Notes: a model not told the origin generated them from the sequence alone. A stretch of DNA of 64,000 bases from Anaerolineaceae bacterium (GCA_003569365.1 BGOS01000004.1:33029-97028); one strand, 5' to 3'. Positions 39,176 through 48,929 are shown, counted from the stretch's first letter. A program made the numbers and translations.

Positions 39176-40315
39176 ATGAAACTACACGAATATCAGGCCA
39201 AAACAATTTTTGCGGAGCATGGCATCGCCATCCCACGCGGCAGAGTTGCCGACACAAAAGAGCAGGCGCGCGACATCGCCAAAGAACTAGGCGGCCGCGT
39301 CGTAGTCAAAGCCCAAGTGCTTGTGGGCGGTCGCGGCAAAGCCGGTGGAGTGAAGGTGGCAGACACGCCAGCAGCCGCACTCAAGCATGCAGGCGAAATA
39401 CTTGGCATGCAAATCAAAGATCTGCCGGTGCGCAAAGTGCTGGTGGATGAAGCCGCTGCAATCAAAACTGAAATCTACTTCGGGATTACGAACGACCGTT
39501 CCGCGCGCAAGCCGGTGATGATTGCCTCCGCCAGCGGCGGCATCGACATTGAAGAGGTGGCGGCGCAAACACCGGAGAAAATCATCCGCGAGCATGTGGA
39601 TCCATTTCTCGGGCTGCGGGATTACCAACTGCGCCACATCGCATCCATGATTGACCTGCCGCGCGAACATTGGGCAGCGTTTGCAAAGATTGCACATGGC
39701 CTCTATAACGTTTACAAAAACACGGATGCCACACTAGCCGAAATCAATCCGCTCGTGATTACCGAGGCAAACCAGCTTGTGGCACTGGATGGCAAACTGG
39801 TGGTGGATGACAACGCGCTCTACAAACATCCGGAGCTCGAAACCTTGCGCGACTCCGATGAAGAGACGCCTGCTGAAACCGAAGCGCGCATCCACGGACT
39901 CTCCTACGTGGCATTGGACGGCGAGATTGGCTGCATGGTGAACGGCGCCGGCCTGGCTATGGCCACCATGGACATCATTCAACTGTACGGCGGACGCCCA
40001 GCCAACTTTTTGGATGTGGGTGGGGGAGCGGGCGCGGAAAAAGTGGCAGCAGCCCTGCGCATTATTTTGCGCGACTCCAAAGTCAAAGCGCTGCTCATCA
40101 ATATTTTTGGCGGCATCACGCGCTGCGACGAAGTGGCGCGCGGAGTGCTGACGGCCTTGGAGACAGTTGGAGCCCGGCTGCCCATGGTGGTGCGGCTGGT
40201 TGGCACCAACGAGGAAGAAGGCCGCAAGCTGCTGGCGGACGCTCACATGCTTACCGCCACCTCGCTCGCCGACGCCGCGCAGAAAGTTGTGGCGGCCGCT
40301 GGAGGTGCACGATGA
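39176..40315 (+). CDS. sucC: succinyl-CoA synthetase (ADP-forming) beta subunit
   Basis: [22 protein letters not shown]... with full-length SucC resemblance. 379 aa. Confidence 0.95.
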   Translation: MKLHEYQAKTIFAEHGIAIPRGRVADTKEQARDIAKELGGRVVVKAQVLVGGRGKAGGVKVADTPAAALKHAGEILGMQIKDLPVRKVLVDEAAAIKTEIYFGITNDRSARKPVMIASASGGIDIEEVAAQTPEKIIREHVDPFLGLRDYQLRHIASMIDLPREHWAAFAKIAHGLYNVYKNTDATLAEINPLVITEANQLVALDGKLVVDDNALYKHPELETLRDSDEETPAETEARIHGLSYVALDGEIGCMVNGAGLAMATMDIIQLYGGRPANFLDVGGGAGAEKVAAALRIILRDSKVKALLINIFGGITRCDEVARGVLTALETVGARLPMVVRLVGTNEEEGRKLLADAHMLTATSLADAAQKVVAAAGGAR

Positions 40316-41169
40316 GCGTGCTTGTAGACCAGCACACACGCGTGATGGTGCAGGGCATCACCGGGCGCGAGGGTTTGTTTCACACGCGCCAGATGATTGC
40401 GTATGGAACGCAAGTTGTTGCCGGTGTCACGCCTGGCAAAGGCGGCGAGTGGGCGGACAGTGTGCCCGTCTTTGATACTTGCAAACTTGCTGTTGAGGCA
40501 ACTGCCGCAAACTGCGCGCTGATATTTGTTCCAGCGCGTTTTGCAGCGGACGCCATGCTCGAGGCCGCTGATGCCGGCCTGCCACTTATTGTTTGCATTA
40601 GTGAAGGCGTGCCCGTGCAAGACATGATGCTGGTGCGCCCATACCTGGACAAATGCGGTGCGCGCCTGATCGGCCCCAACTGTCCCGGCCTGCTCACGCC
40701 GGGCGGCGCCAAAGTCGGCATCATTCCCGGCCACATCGCCAGCGTCGGCACAGTGGGTGTTGTAGCGCGGTCCGGCACGCTTACCTATGAAGTGCTGCAC
40801 GCGCTCAAACAAGCCGGCCTCGGGACCTCCACTTGTGTTGGCATCGGTGGCGACCCCGTCAATGGCACATCCTTTTTGGATGTGCTCAAACTTTTCGAAG
40901 ATGATCCGCTTACCGAAAAAGTTGTCCTGATCGGCGAGATTGGCGGACGCGACGAGGAGGATGCTGCGGCGTACATTGCCAACAACTACGGCAAGCCCGT
41001 GGCGGCGTTCATCGCGGGCCAATCGGCGCCAGCCGGCAAGCGCATGGGCCATGCCGGCGCGATCGTAGAGGGTGGAGCTGGCACTGCGAGCGAAAAAATT
41101 GCGGCGCTCAAAGCCGCCGGTGTCCGCGTCGCACGCCATCCCGAAGAGCTTCCTGCGCTGCTTGCATAG
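40312..41169 (+). CDS. sucD: succinyl-CoA synthetase alpha subunit
   Basis: [11 protein letters not shown]..., catalytic-His region GHAGAIV, and a start that overlaps the sucC stop. Confidence 0.95.
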   Translation: MSVLVDQHTRVMVQGITGREGLFHTRQMIAYGTQVVAGVTPGKGGEWADSVPVFDTCKLAVEATAANCALIFVPARFAADAMLEAADAGLPLIVCISEGVPVQDMMLVRPYLDKCGARLIGPNCPGLLTPGGAKVGIIPGHIASVGTVGVVARSGTLTYEVLHALKQAGLGTSTCVGIGGDPVNGTSFLDVLKLFEDDPLTEKVVLIGEIGGRDEEDAAAYIANNYGKPVAAFIAGQSAPAGKRMGHAGAIVEGGAGTASEKIAALKAAGVRVARHPEELPALLA

Positions 41170-41210
41170 CTGCGCTGCCTGCTTGCCGGCGGTTGCCCCG
41201 CCATAATTAA

Positions 41211-43517
41211 ATGCCCAAGCTCCTTTCAAAACTTGACCCGGGTGTGGCGATTGCATTTGCAATTGGCCTGCTGGCCGTCTGGCCGCTTTTTGCGTACCCC
41301 AGCCTGCCGCTTAATACCGACGCCGAAATTCATATCCTGCGTGCAGCAGAAGTCAAAGAGTCGATCTTGTCCGGCGTGCTTTATCCGCGCTGGGCCAACG
41401 ATTTCTATTACGGTAACGGCTATCCAATCTTCAGCTTCTACGCGCCGCTAACTTACCATCTGGCAGCTTACTGGAGCATCATTACCGGGACGGATGTGGT
41501 CGCAGGCTCCAAAGCCGTGCTAGTGGGCTCCGGCCTGTTGGGCACGCTGGGCATGTACCTGTTTGTGCGCAACCGCTGGTGGCGGCTCGCCGGCATCGTG
41601 GCGGCTGCAGCCTGGGCGTTCTCGCCTTATCTGATATTTTTGGAGCCGCATGCGCGCGGCGAAATTGCCGAGACACTTTCGCTGGGCATTGCGCCATTCG
41701 TGCTGCTGTGGTTCGATATTGTGCTGCGCAGGGGCGGGTGGCGCCCGGCAGTTATGGCAGCCATCAGCCTTGCAGCCGTAATTCTCGCGCATCCGCTAAC
41801 GGCACTGCCGGTGTACGGCGTCGTGCTTGTGTTGATTGGATGGGAAGTCTCGCTCGCGTCAGTTGATGCGCAGCGCGGCCGGCAGCCGTTCCCGTGGGAG
41901 CGCATACCACAAGTGGCGGTTGCAATTGTGCTTGGCCTCGGGCTGGCAGCAGTTTACTGGCTGCCCGCCGGCCTCGAACGCAGCGCAGTGCGGCTGGATT
42001 TTTACGGCCTCGGGCATTACGACTTCCGGCGCCACTTTCTGCCGGTAAACGAACTCGCAGCGCTGCCCATCTGGCTGGACGAAGGCGCAGCAAATCCGGA
42101 CTTCCACTTCAGCCTTGGTCCGGTGCAATTATTACTTGCGATCGCCGGCATGCTTGCAGTGTTCAAGCCGCGCCTGCGCCGCCTTGACTCAATGCTGATG
42201 GTTTTCCTCAGCTCATTTTTTTTGTACTTGATGACGAATGCATCACAAGGCTTGTGGGAAGTACTGCCGCCGATGCGCTTCTTTCAGTTTCCCATGCGCT
42301 TCCTTGGCCCAACCGCGCTGGTTCTATCCCCGCTTGCGGGTACCGCGCTGGCCTGGGTTGGAAACATTAATGGCAATCCGCGTGCGCCACGCGCAGCCGC
42401 GCTGATGGTGGCTGCCCTGTTCCTGAGCGCGCTGCCGCTCACATACCCGCCTCCGTGGTCGGACTTTGGTGCCATCAACCGCGGGCGCGTGGTGCAAGCG
42501 GAAATCTCCGGCAAATGGCTGGGCACCACCTGCTGCAATGACTTTTTACCGCGCGGCGTTGAAAGCATTCCAGTGCCATCAGCAGAAATTGTTGCCGCGT
42601 ATACCGCAGGAGACCGCATCATCCCGCGCGCAGAGAAAGAGCTGCTGCCCGCGGGCGCCAGCGTCATAATGCTGCACAGCACTTCGCAAAGCGATGCGCT
42701 GGGTATCACAACGCCCAGCGCTTTCAAACTCAAGCTGCACCGCTTCTATTTTCCGGGCTGGACGGCAATGTTGGATGGCAAGCCGGTTGAGATCTCAGTG
42801 ACTCAGCCAGACGGACGCATTGGTGTGGACATCCCGGCTGGCAAACACCGCGTCGATGTGGAACTGCAGGCCACGCCAGTGCGAGGCGCGGCCGCGTGGA
42901 TCAGCATCACATGCGCACTGGCGGCACTCGGCTTGCTGCTGCTACCGCATAGCCCGGCTAAGACCTCCGCCGCTGCACACGGGCCGACCACTGAACTAGC
43001 GCAGGTGGCGATTGCACTCGTAGCGGTTGTATGCATCAAACTACTCTCGGACCAGCTGGGATGGTTCCGCCATCATTCAAGCGGGCGCACAGTCGCTACC
43101 GCCCAGCACAGCCTGCTGGGCAGCATTCAGAAGGAAATCGAATTCCTCGGCTATGACATGGACAAGTTGACGTTGCGCAAAAGCACAGATTTTCCCGTCA
43201 CACTTTACTGGCGCGCTCTTCGGCCGCCATCCGTCAACTATCAAGTGTACGTGCACCTGCGTGACAAGGATGGCAAGGTCTGGGCGCAATCAGACAAGGC
43301 CAACCCGGCAGACACACCCACCAAGCGCTGGGCCCTAGACCGCTACATCCGGGATGTGCACACGCTTGCGCTGCCTGCGGTGCTGCCGGCGGGCGAATAT
43401 CGCGTTTACGTGGGCCTGTGGAACGATGCCACGAGTGAACGGTTCCTCGCGTACGACGAAGATGGAGTATTGATGGGGGAAAACATTGCGCTGCCGGATA
43501 TCGTCACAGTTAGGTAA
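41211..43517 (+). CDS. PTPS-related-domain polytopic membrane protein (GT-C-like)
   Basis: 768 aa. LYPRWANDFYYGNGYPIFSFYAPLTYHLAAY and a later YFPGWTAMLDGKPVEISV are typical of the family annotated as 6-pyruvoyl-tetrahydropterin-synthase-related membrane protein (recalled as PF10131). Confidence 0.65.
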   Translation: MPKLLSKLDPGVAIAFAIGLLAVWPLFAYPSLPLNTDAEIHILRAAEVKESILSGVLYPRWANDFYYGNGYPIFSFYAPLTYHLAAYWSIITGTDVVAGSKAVLVGSGLLGTLGMYLFVRNRWWRLAGIVAAAAWAFSPYLIFLEPHARGEIAETLSLGIAPFVLLWFDIVLRRGGWRPAVMAAISLAAVILAHPLTALPVYGVVLVLIGWEVSLASVDAQRGRQPFPWERIPQVAVAIVLGLGLAAVYWLPAGLERSAVRLDFYGLGHYDFRRHFLPVNELAALPIWLDEGAANPDFHFSLGPVQLLLAIAGMLAVFKPRLRRLDSMLMVFLSSFFLYLMTNASQGLWEVLPPMRFFQFPMRFLGPTALVLSPLAGTALAWVGNINGNPRAPRAAALMVAALFLSALPLTYPPPWSDFGAINRGRVVQAEISGKWLGTTCCNDFLPRGVESIPVPSAEIVAAYTAGDRIIPRAEKELLPAGASVIMLHSTSQSDALGITTPSAFKLKLHRFYFPGWTAMLDGKPVEISVTQPDGRIGVDIPAGKHRVDVELQATPVRGAAAWISITCALAALGLLLLPHSPAKTSAAAHGPTTELAQVAIALVAVVCIKLLSDQLGWFRHHSSGRTVATAQHSLLGSIQKEIEFLGYDMDKLTLRKSTDFPVTLYWRALRPPSVNYQVYVHLRDKDGKVWAQSDKANPADTPTKRWALDRYIRDVHTLALPAVLPAGEYRVYVGLWNDATSERFLAYDEDGVLMGENIALPDIVTVR

Positions 43518-43522
43518 ACGCA

Positions 43523-45172
43523 CTAACTGCCGGATTTAGCGGTAGCAATCACGCGGCGGTAAACCAGCCACGCGTTGCCCAACAAATCCGGCGGGGTCCA
43601 CGGCCCGTCCTCCACCTGCACTGAGTAGCGCTCCGCAAGCCACGGCACCAAGCGCTCTTCATCGCCGGGGATCGCAAGAAATAGTATCTGCGCCGGCAAG
43701 TTGGCAATCGGCGGCAGTTCGCCAGACACATACCGGCGCAGTGCACCGTCACCAGAAAAATCCACCGGTACCAGAAACCGCACTGTATCACTCCCCGAAC
43801 TGCTGTACTCAGGGCAGACGTCGCGTGCAATGATTACGACGCGGTCCGGTGCGGGTTGCGCCCGGTCAGCAAACCCACCGATACCTTGCCAACCTGCATG
43901 CAGAAATCTATTTGCATCAATCGCAGCGCGGGTGCACTGCTCATCGAATGAGAATCCGGTATTGGCTTGCGCCAGGTATGGCGGCAGCCACAACGCTGAA
44001 AATGCTGAGACCGCCGCCAAACCAAGCACACCCGCAATTGCCAGATGCTTCGGCCACGGATGTTTGCGCAACCACTCCCGTTGAAACACCACGCTGCCAA
44101 AAGCTGCCAGTGGAAAAACTACAAGTATGGCTCCGGAAGCCCGCGCAAAATGTGGCGCCTCCTCGGAGAGCATTGTTGGAATCAAACTCAAACCGAGAAG
44201 ACACAACATAATTACAGCAACGTGCCGGCGCTTTCTTGATAGCACTACCAATCCAAATCCAGCGGCAGCCGCAATCCACCAGTCCAGCGCCGGCCGGCCC
44301 GGAACATTGTGGCGCAGATTCGTGTCACCCATGCCTGGGCCGCCAAACATTGCAGCAACCTTCCAAGCTTGCAAGACCAGCATGCGCACGGCTGCCAACG
44401 GGCCGCCATCCATATTTATTGCCAGCACACCGGCAGCCCGCCCAAACAAAACTTCACCATGAGTCGTGCCATATAAAATCAGCGGGAATGCAACAGCCAA
44501 GAAACCAACAACGCCGTAGACCGCACCCGGCCACATCCGCCGGGCGCCGCCATGATTTGATACAACCACTATCCAAACGGGCACAATAAAAATGATTACG
44601 CGGATAGGTGTATATGTGTAAAGCGCAACGCCGAACAACACGCCGGCAGCAAACCAGCGCCACGCATCCCTGCGCTGCCAAGCACTAATGCCGGCCCATA
44701 AGGCAAATGACAGCACGCACGGCAGCAGCGCTGGCCGGGTTGCGAGGCGTCCCAGCATTACCGCCCAGACTGAGAACGCGCACAGGAATGCAGCAACCAA
44801 ACCGGCACGCGTGCCGAACAACTTCCGCGTGAGCCCAAACAGGCCAACGATGGTGAGGCATGCCGCAAGTGCGGACGGTAACCGCACGGCAGCCGGTGTG
44901 CGCCCAAACACGCCGACAGAGATGGCCACGAGGTAGGCATGCAGCGGCTCACGCCCAAAATTGGACTCCAGATACACCGGCCGCTCACCGGCCAGGATGC
45001 GCAGTGCGTCGCGACCCTCCGCAGCTTCATCCCCGAACAAACCAGCCGGCAGACTGCTGAGGCCGTACACGCGCATGGCGCCGCCCAGAAGAACTATCAA
45101 CCCCAGCAGCACCCACAACGGCGGTCGCCAATTAGTGCTCGCGAAAGTTTTCAGTTGAAGGTTAGCTCCCAC
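43523..45172 (-). CDS. glycosyltransferase family 39 (ArnT/PMT-like)
   Basis: 549 aa. The first loop has GLFGDEAAEGRDALRILAGERPVYLESNFGREPLHAYL with a DE motif, and the protein has many TM helices. Confidence 0.8.
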   Translation of the reverse strand: MGANLQLKTFASTNWRPPLWVLLGLIVLLGGAMRVYGLSSLPAGLFGDEAAEGRDALRILAGERPVYLESNFGREPLHAYLVAISVGVFGRTPAAVRLPSALAACLTIVGLFGLTRKLFGTRAGLVAAFLCAFSVWAVMLGRLATRPALLPCVLSFALWAGISAWQRRDAWRWFAAGVLFGVALYTYTPIRVIIFIVPVWIVVVSNHGGARRMWPGAVYGVVGFLAVAFPLILYGTTHGEVLFGRAAGVLAINMDGGPLAAVRMLVLQAWKVAAMFGGPGMGDTNLRHNVPGRPALDWWIAAAAGFGLVVLSRKRRHVAVIMLCLLGLSLIPTMLSEEAPHFARASGAILVVFPLAAFGSVVFQREWLRKHPWPKHLAIAGVLGLAAVSAFSALWLPPYLAQANTGFSFDEQCTRAAIDANRFLHAGWQGIGGFADRAQPAPDRVVIIARDVCPEYSSSGSDTVRFLVPVDFSGDGALRRYVSGELPPIANLPAQILFLAIPGDEERLVPWLAERYSVQVEDGPWTPPDLLGNAWLVYRRVIATAKSGS

Positions 45173-45214
45173 TCGTTAATGCTATCATCCCCCGAGCGCA
45201 GGCTCAGCCACAAT

Positions 45215-45808
45215 ATGTCTGGAATTCGAATCAATGCGGGGGAAGGGCGCGGGCGCAAGTTGCGGCTGGTGCCGGGCACCACAACGCGCCCGGTCTCCGA
45301 CCGCGTCAAGCAAGCGCTATTCAATATTATTGGAGCAGATATTGAGGACGCGGCACTGCTCGATCTGTTTGCGGGCACTGGCAGCGTGGGCATCGAGGCG
45401 CTGAGCCGGGGCGCGCGATCAGTGCTCTTCATCGACAACTCAGTGGAAGCCTTGCAAACGCTGAAACTAAACCTGGCCAGCACCGGCTATACCGCAAAAG
45501 CCGCGGTGGTGCGCGCCGATGCACTTAATTATTTGGCGCAGCCGCGGGCTGGTGTCTTCGATTACATTTACATTGCGCCACCCCAATACCACGGCATCTG
45601 GCGTGAGGCGCTGCGCTGCATTGACGCACGCCCCCAGATGCTGAGCGCGCATGGCAATGCGATTGTGCAGCTCGATCCCAAGGAGCACAGCGAAGTGGCT
45701 TTGAGTAATCTGATCCTGCAAAACACCCGGCGTTACGGCAGCACAATGCTGGCTTTCTACGGCCAGGCCAACTCAACCACGTCCAACCATAACGGGAATA
45801 CCAATTGA
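45215..45808 (+). CDS. rsmD: 16S rRNA (guanine966-N2)-methyltransferase RsmD
   Basis: From ATG 45215: MSGIRINAGEGRGRKLRLVPGTTTRPVSDRVKQALFNII...DLFAGTGSVGIEALSRGA...YIAPPQY. Confidence 0.85.
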   Translation: MSGIRINAGEGRGRKLRLVPGTTTRPVSDRVKQALFNIIGADIEDAALLDLFAGTGSVGIEALSRGARSVLFIDNSVEALQTLKLNLASTGYTAKAAVVRADALNYLAQPRAGVFDYIYIAPPQYHGIWREALRCIDARPQMLSAHGNAIVQLDPKEHSEVALSNLILQNTRRYGSTMLAFYGQANSTTSNHNGNTN

Positions 45809-47775
45809 ACCCACACCTCAACTCCGTAGAAATTGAAAAGACGCTCGAACGCGTACTGCTCGAAGTGGAGCGACCGGCGCGCTACATCGGCGGCGAATAC
45901 AACAGCATCACCAAGGAATGGACGGCTGAGCGCCTCAAAATCGCGCTGTGCTTTCCGGACATCTATGACCTGGGCACGCCCAACCTGGGGCTGGCCACTT
46001 TGTACCAAATCCTAAACAGGCACGCAGATCTGCTCGCAGAGCGAGTGTTTCTCCCGTGGGTGGACATGGAAGCAGTGATGGTGCGCGAAGGCCTGCCGCT
46101 CTATTCACTGGAGAGCAAACGCCCGGTGCAGGACTTCGACTTACTCGGCATCTCGCTGCCCTACGAGCAGCTTTACACAAATACGCTGCACATGCTGCAC
46201 CTTTCGGGAATGCCGCTGCGCACGCGCGACCGGCTTGCACAACACTACCCGCTGGTTATTGCCGGCGGGCACGCCACCTACAATCCGGAACCGATGGCGG
46301 ACTTCATTGACGCATTTGTGATTGGCGAAGGCGAAGAAGCAATTGTTGAGATTGCGCGCGTGGTCATGGCCTGGCGTTCGGGTTCCGCCGCCGACGCTGC
46401 TGCTGTCCGCCCCGATAAGCGCGCGTTGCTCCGGCAACTCGCTGCACTGGATGGCGTGTATGTACCGCTGTTTTACGAGGCCAGCTACAACGATGACGGC
46501 ACGCTGGCCGCCACGCGCAGCACCGAGCCAGCAGCGCGCATGCCAGTGCTTAAAACTATCGTGAAAGAACTGCCGCCGCCCATCACGCGCTTTATTGTGC
46601 CGGGCGTGGATGTGGTGCACAACCGCGCGGCAATTGAAATCATGCGCGGCTGCACCCGCGGCTGCCGCTTCTGCCACGCTGGCATGGTGACGCGCCCGGT
46701 GCGCGAGCGCAGCGTTGCGGAAGTAATCTCCGCGATGCGCGAAGTGCTGCAGCACACCGGCTTCGAGGAAATTGCACTGCTCTCGCTGTCCTCCTCAGAC
46801 TACAGCCACGTGCTGGAACTGGTGGATGCCATTCGCGAAAACTTTGGCCACTTGAATCTGAACATCTCCATGCCATCACTGCGCATCGAAACTGTGTCGG
46901 TGGACCTGATGGACCGCCTTGAGAAGCAGGGGCGCCGCAGCGGGTTCACACTTGCGCCCGAAGCCGCCACGGAGCGCATGCGCGAGATCATCAACAAGCC
47001 CGTGAGCACGCGCCAGCTTTTGGAAACCGCCAAATCCATTTACTCCCGCGGCTGGACCACCATCAAGCTGTACTTCATGATTGGCCACCCGGACGAAACA
47101 CTTGCGGACGTACAAGCAATTGCGGATCTGGCGCACGCTGTGATGCTGGAGGGGCGGCGCGCACTGGGCAACCGCGCTTTGCTCAACCTGGGCGTGAGCA
47201 CATTTATTCCCAAGCCGCACACGCCGTTTCAATGGTCGCCATGCGACAGCATTGCGCAAGTGCGCGAGAAGCAAGCCTTGCTGCGCCGCGAGGCGCGCGG
47301 CCCGGGCATCAAGCTAAGCCTCAGCAACCCGCCTGAGAGCCAGATGGAAGCTTGGCTTTCGCGCGGCGACCGCCGCATGGGAGCGGTGATCGCCGATGCT
47401 TACGCGCGCGGCGCCAAGTTTGATGCGTGGGGCGAACACTTTAAATACGACGCGTGGCTGGAGGCGTTTGCTGCAAACGGGCTCGAGAGCACGTTCTATA
47501 CGCATCGCGAGCGCGATGTTGCCGAAGCGCTGCCCTGGGACCACATTGATGCTGCGGTAAAGAAATCTTTTCTGGCGGAAGACCTGCGCTGGAGTGCGCG
47601 CAGCCAGACGCGCGTGGACTGTCGCGACAAGTGCTTTGCGTGCGGCATCCTGCCCAAGTTTATTGAAGAGCGCCGCGCCACACCAGCAGATGCGTGGCAG
47701 TGCCCTGAAGTGAAACCAAAGCACCTGCGCGGAACCAGCGCACTGCAATCAAGCCAGCTGATCGTCGTCGCCTGA
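45805..47775 (+). CDS. TIGR03960-family B12-binding-domain radical SAM protein
   Basis: ERPARYIGGEYNS N-terminus and the CxxxCxxC cluster motif GCTRGCRFCHAG. 656 aa. Confidence 0.85.
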   Translation: MNPHLNSVEIEKTLERVLLEVERPARYIGGEYNSITKEWTAERLKIALCFPDIYDLGTPNLGLATLYQILNRHADLLAERVFLPWVDMEAVMVREGLPLYSLESKRPVQDFDLLGISLPYEQLYTNTLHMLHLSGMPLRTRDRLAQHYPLVIAGGHATYNPEPMADFIDAFVIGEGEEAIVEIARVVMAWRSGSAADAAAVRPDKRALLRQLAALDGVYVPLFYEASYNDDGTLAATRSTEPAARMPVLKTIVKELPPPITRFIVPGVDVVHNRAAIEIMRGCTRGCRFCHAGMVTRPVRERSVAEVISAMREVLQHTGFEEIALLSLSSSDYSHVLELVDAIRENFGHLNLNISMPSLRIETVSVDLMDRLEKQGRRSGFTLAPEAATERMREIINKPVSTRQLLETAKSIYSRGWTTIKLYFMIGHPDETLADVQAIADLAHAVMLEGRRALGNRALLNLGVSTFIPKPHTPFQWSPCDSIAQVREKQALLRREARGPGIKLSLSNPPESQMEAWLSRGDRRMGAVIADAYARGAKFDAWGEHFKYDAWLEAFAANGLESTFYTHRERDVAEALPWDHIDAAVKKSFLAEDLRWSARSQTRVDCRDKCFACGILPKFIEERRATPADAWQCPEVKPKHLRGTSALQSSQLIVVA

Positions 47776-47898
47776 CGCGCGCTGCGGCGCAACTGCAGCT
47801 ACGCAACTGCAGCTCTGCAGTTCGATTTAACAGTTGAATGTGATCGCCGCTAAGCCGCACCAATGCGCGCCCGCTCCTGAGCACGGCTTAGTAAACTT

Positions 47899-48555
47899 AT
47901 GAAAGCATTGATCTTGCAGCGGCTGCGTGTCCAATTTAGCAAGACTGGGCCAGCGCGCTTCATTGGCAACCTGGATCTGATGCGCCTGTGGGAGCGAGCC
48001 GCGCGCCGGGCCGGACTGGCGCTTGCATACTCGGAGGGCTTTCATCCGCAGCCGCGCATGCAGCTCGGCGCACCTTTGCCGCTGGGCTACGTGGGCGACG
48101 CCGAACTACTGGACCTGTGGCTTGCCAATCCCACCGAACCCGCAGCGCTGCTCCAAACGTGGAACACGGTCCTGCCGCTTGGCATTGCTGTACAAGCCGT
48201 AACGGAGATTGTGGAGCGCGAAGCAGCACTCTCCGCGCAGGTAACCTCCGCCCGTTTTAGCGTGCTGCCAAATTGCGAAAGTGCTGCCCCGGACCTGCCC
48301 AAGTGCGTCCTGGCACTGCTGGAACAAAAGCAGATATTGCGCATCAACAAACGCGGCAAAGAATACGACCTGCGCCCGCTGGTTGAAGAACTAACGGCCA
48401 CGCCAGCTGGCTGGCTGGAAATGCAATTGGCCGCCCGTCCGGCAGCCACCGGCCGGCCAGAGGAAGTAATCACCGCAATGGGCCTTGACCCGTGCCGACC
48501 CGCGATCCACCGCCGGTACCTGATTTTGATTGACAAAGCCTCCGCCAGCGGGTAG
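47899..48555 (+). CDS. TIGR03936-family radical-SAM-associated protein (DUF2344)
   Basis: RLRVQFSKTGPARFIGNLDLMRLWERAARRAGLALAYSEGFHPQPRMQ. Confidence 0.8.
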   Translation: MKALILQRLRVQFSKTGPARFIGNLDLMRLWERAARRAGLALAYSEGFHPQPRMQLGAPLPLGYVGDAELLDLWLANPTEPAALLQTWNTVLPLGIAVQAVTEIVEREAALSAQVTSARFSVLPNCESAAPDLPKCVLALLEQKQILRINKRGKEYDLRPLVEELTATPAGWLEMQLAARPAATGRPEEVITAMGLDPCRPAIHRRYLILIDKASASG

Positions 48556-48617
48556 AATTTTGCCGTTGCCCCGCAGGTCGGGGCATTATTTTGCGCAAAG
48601 CGCAGCAGGAAACCACC

Positions 48618-48929
48618 ATGCGGTATGCGATTGTTATAGACAAAAATCGGCAACACCGGGTCGAAGAAGGCTCGGTAATTGACTTGGATCTGCGCGAAGC
48701 CGAAGCCGGCAGCAAGCTTGAGCTTCAAGTGATGCTGCTTGCTGATGGCGAGACGGTGCAGATTGGCGGCCCGGTACTGGATGGCAGCGTTGTGAAGGCA
48801 ACGGTGCTCGACCAGGTTAAGGGGCCAAAGATTCGCGTCTTCAAATACAAACCCAAGAAGCGCTATCGCGTCACCACCGGCCACCGCCAGGGTTACACGC
48901 GCGTGCGCATTGATGAAATCGTTAGCTGA
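48618..48929 (+). CDS. rplU: 50S ribosomal protein L21
   Basis: From ATG 48618: MRYAIVIDKNRQHRVEEGSVIDLD...KIRVFKYKPKKRYRVTTGHRQGYTRVRI. Confidence 0.93.
   Translation: MRYAIVIDKNRQHRVEEGSVIDLDLREAEAGSKLELQVMLLADGETVQIGGPVLDGSVVKATVLDQVKGPKIRVFKYKPKKRYRVTTGHRQGYTRVRIDEIVS

Noticed and set aside
38150-41262. Long minus-strand ORFs (38150..39103, 39734..40339, 40243..41262)
   Set aside because: They are antisense to the NHL repeats and to sucC/sucD, whose identities are unambiguous. These are shadow ORFs.
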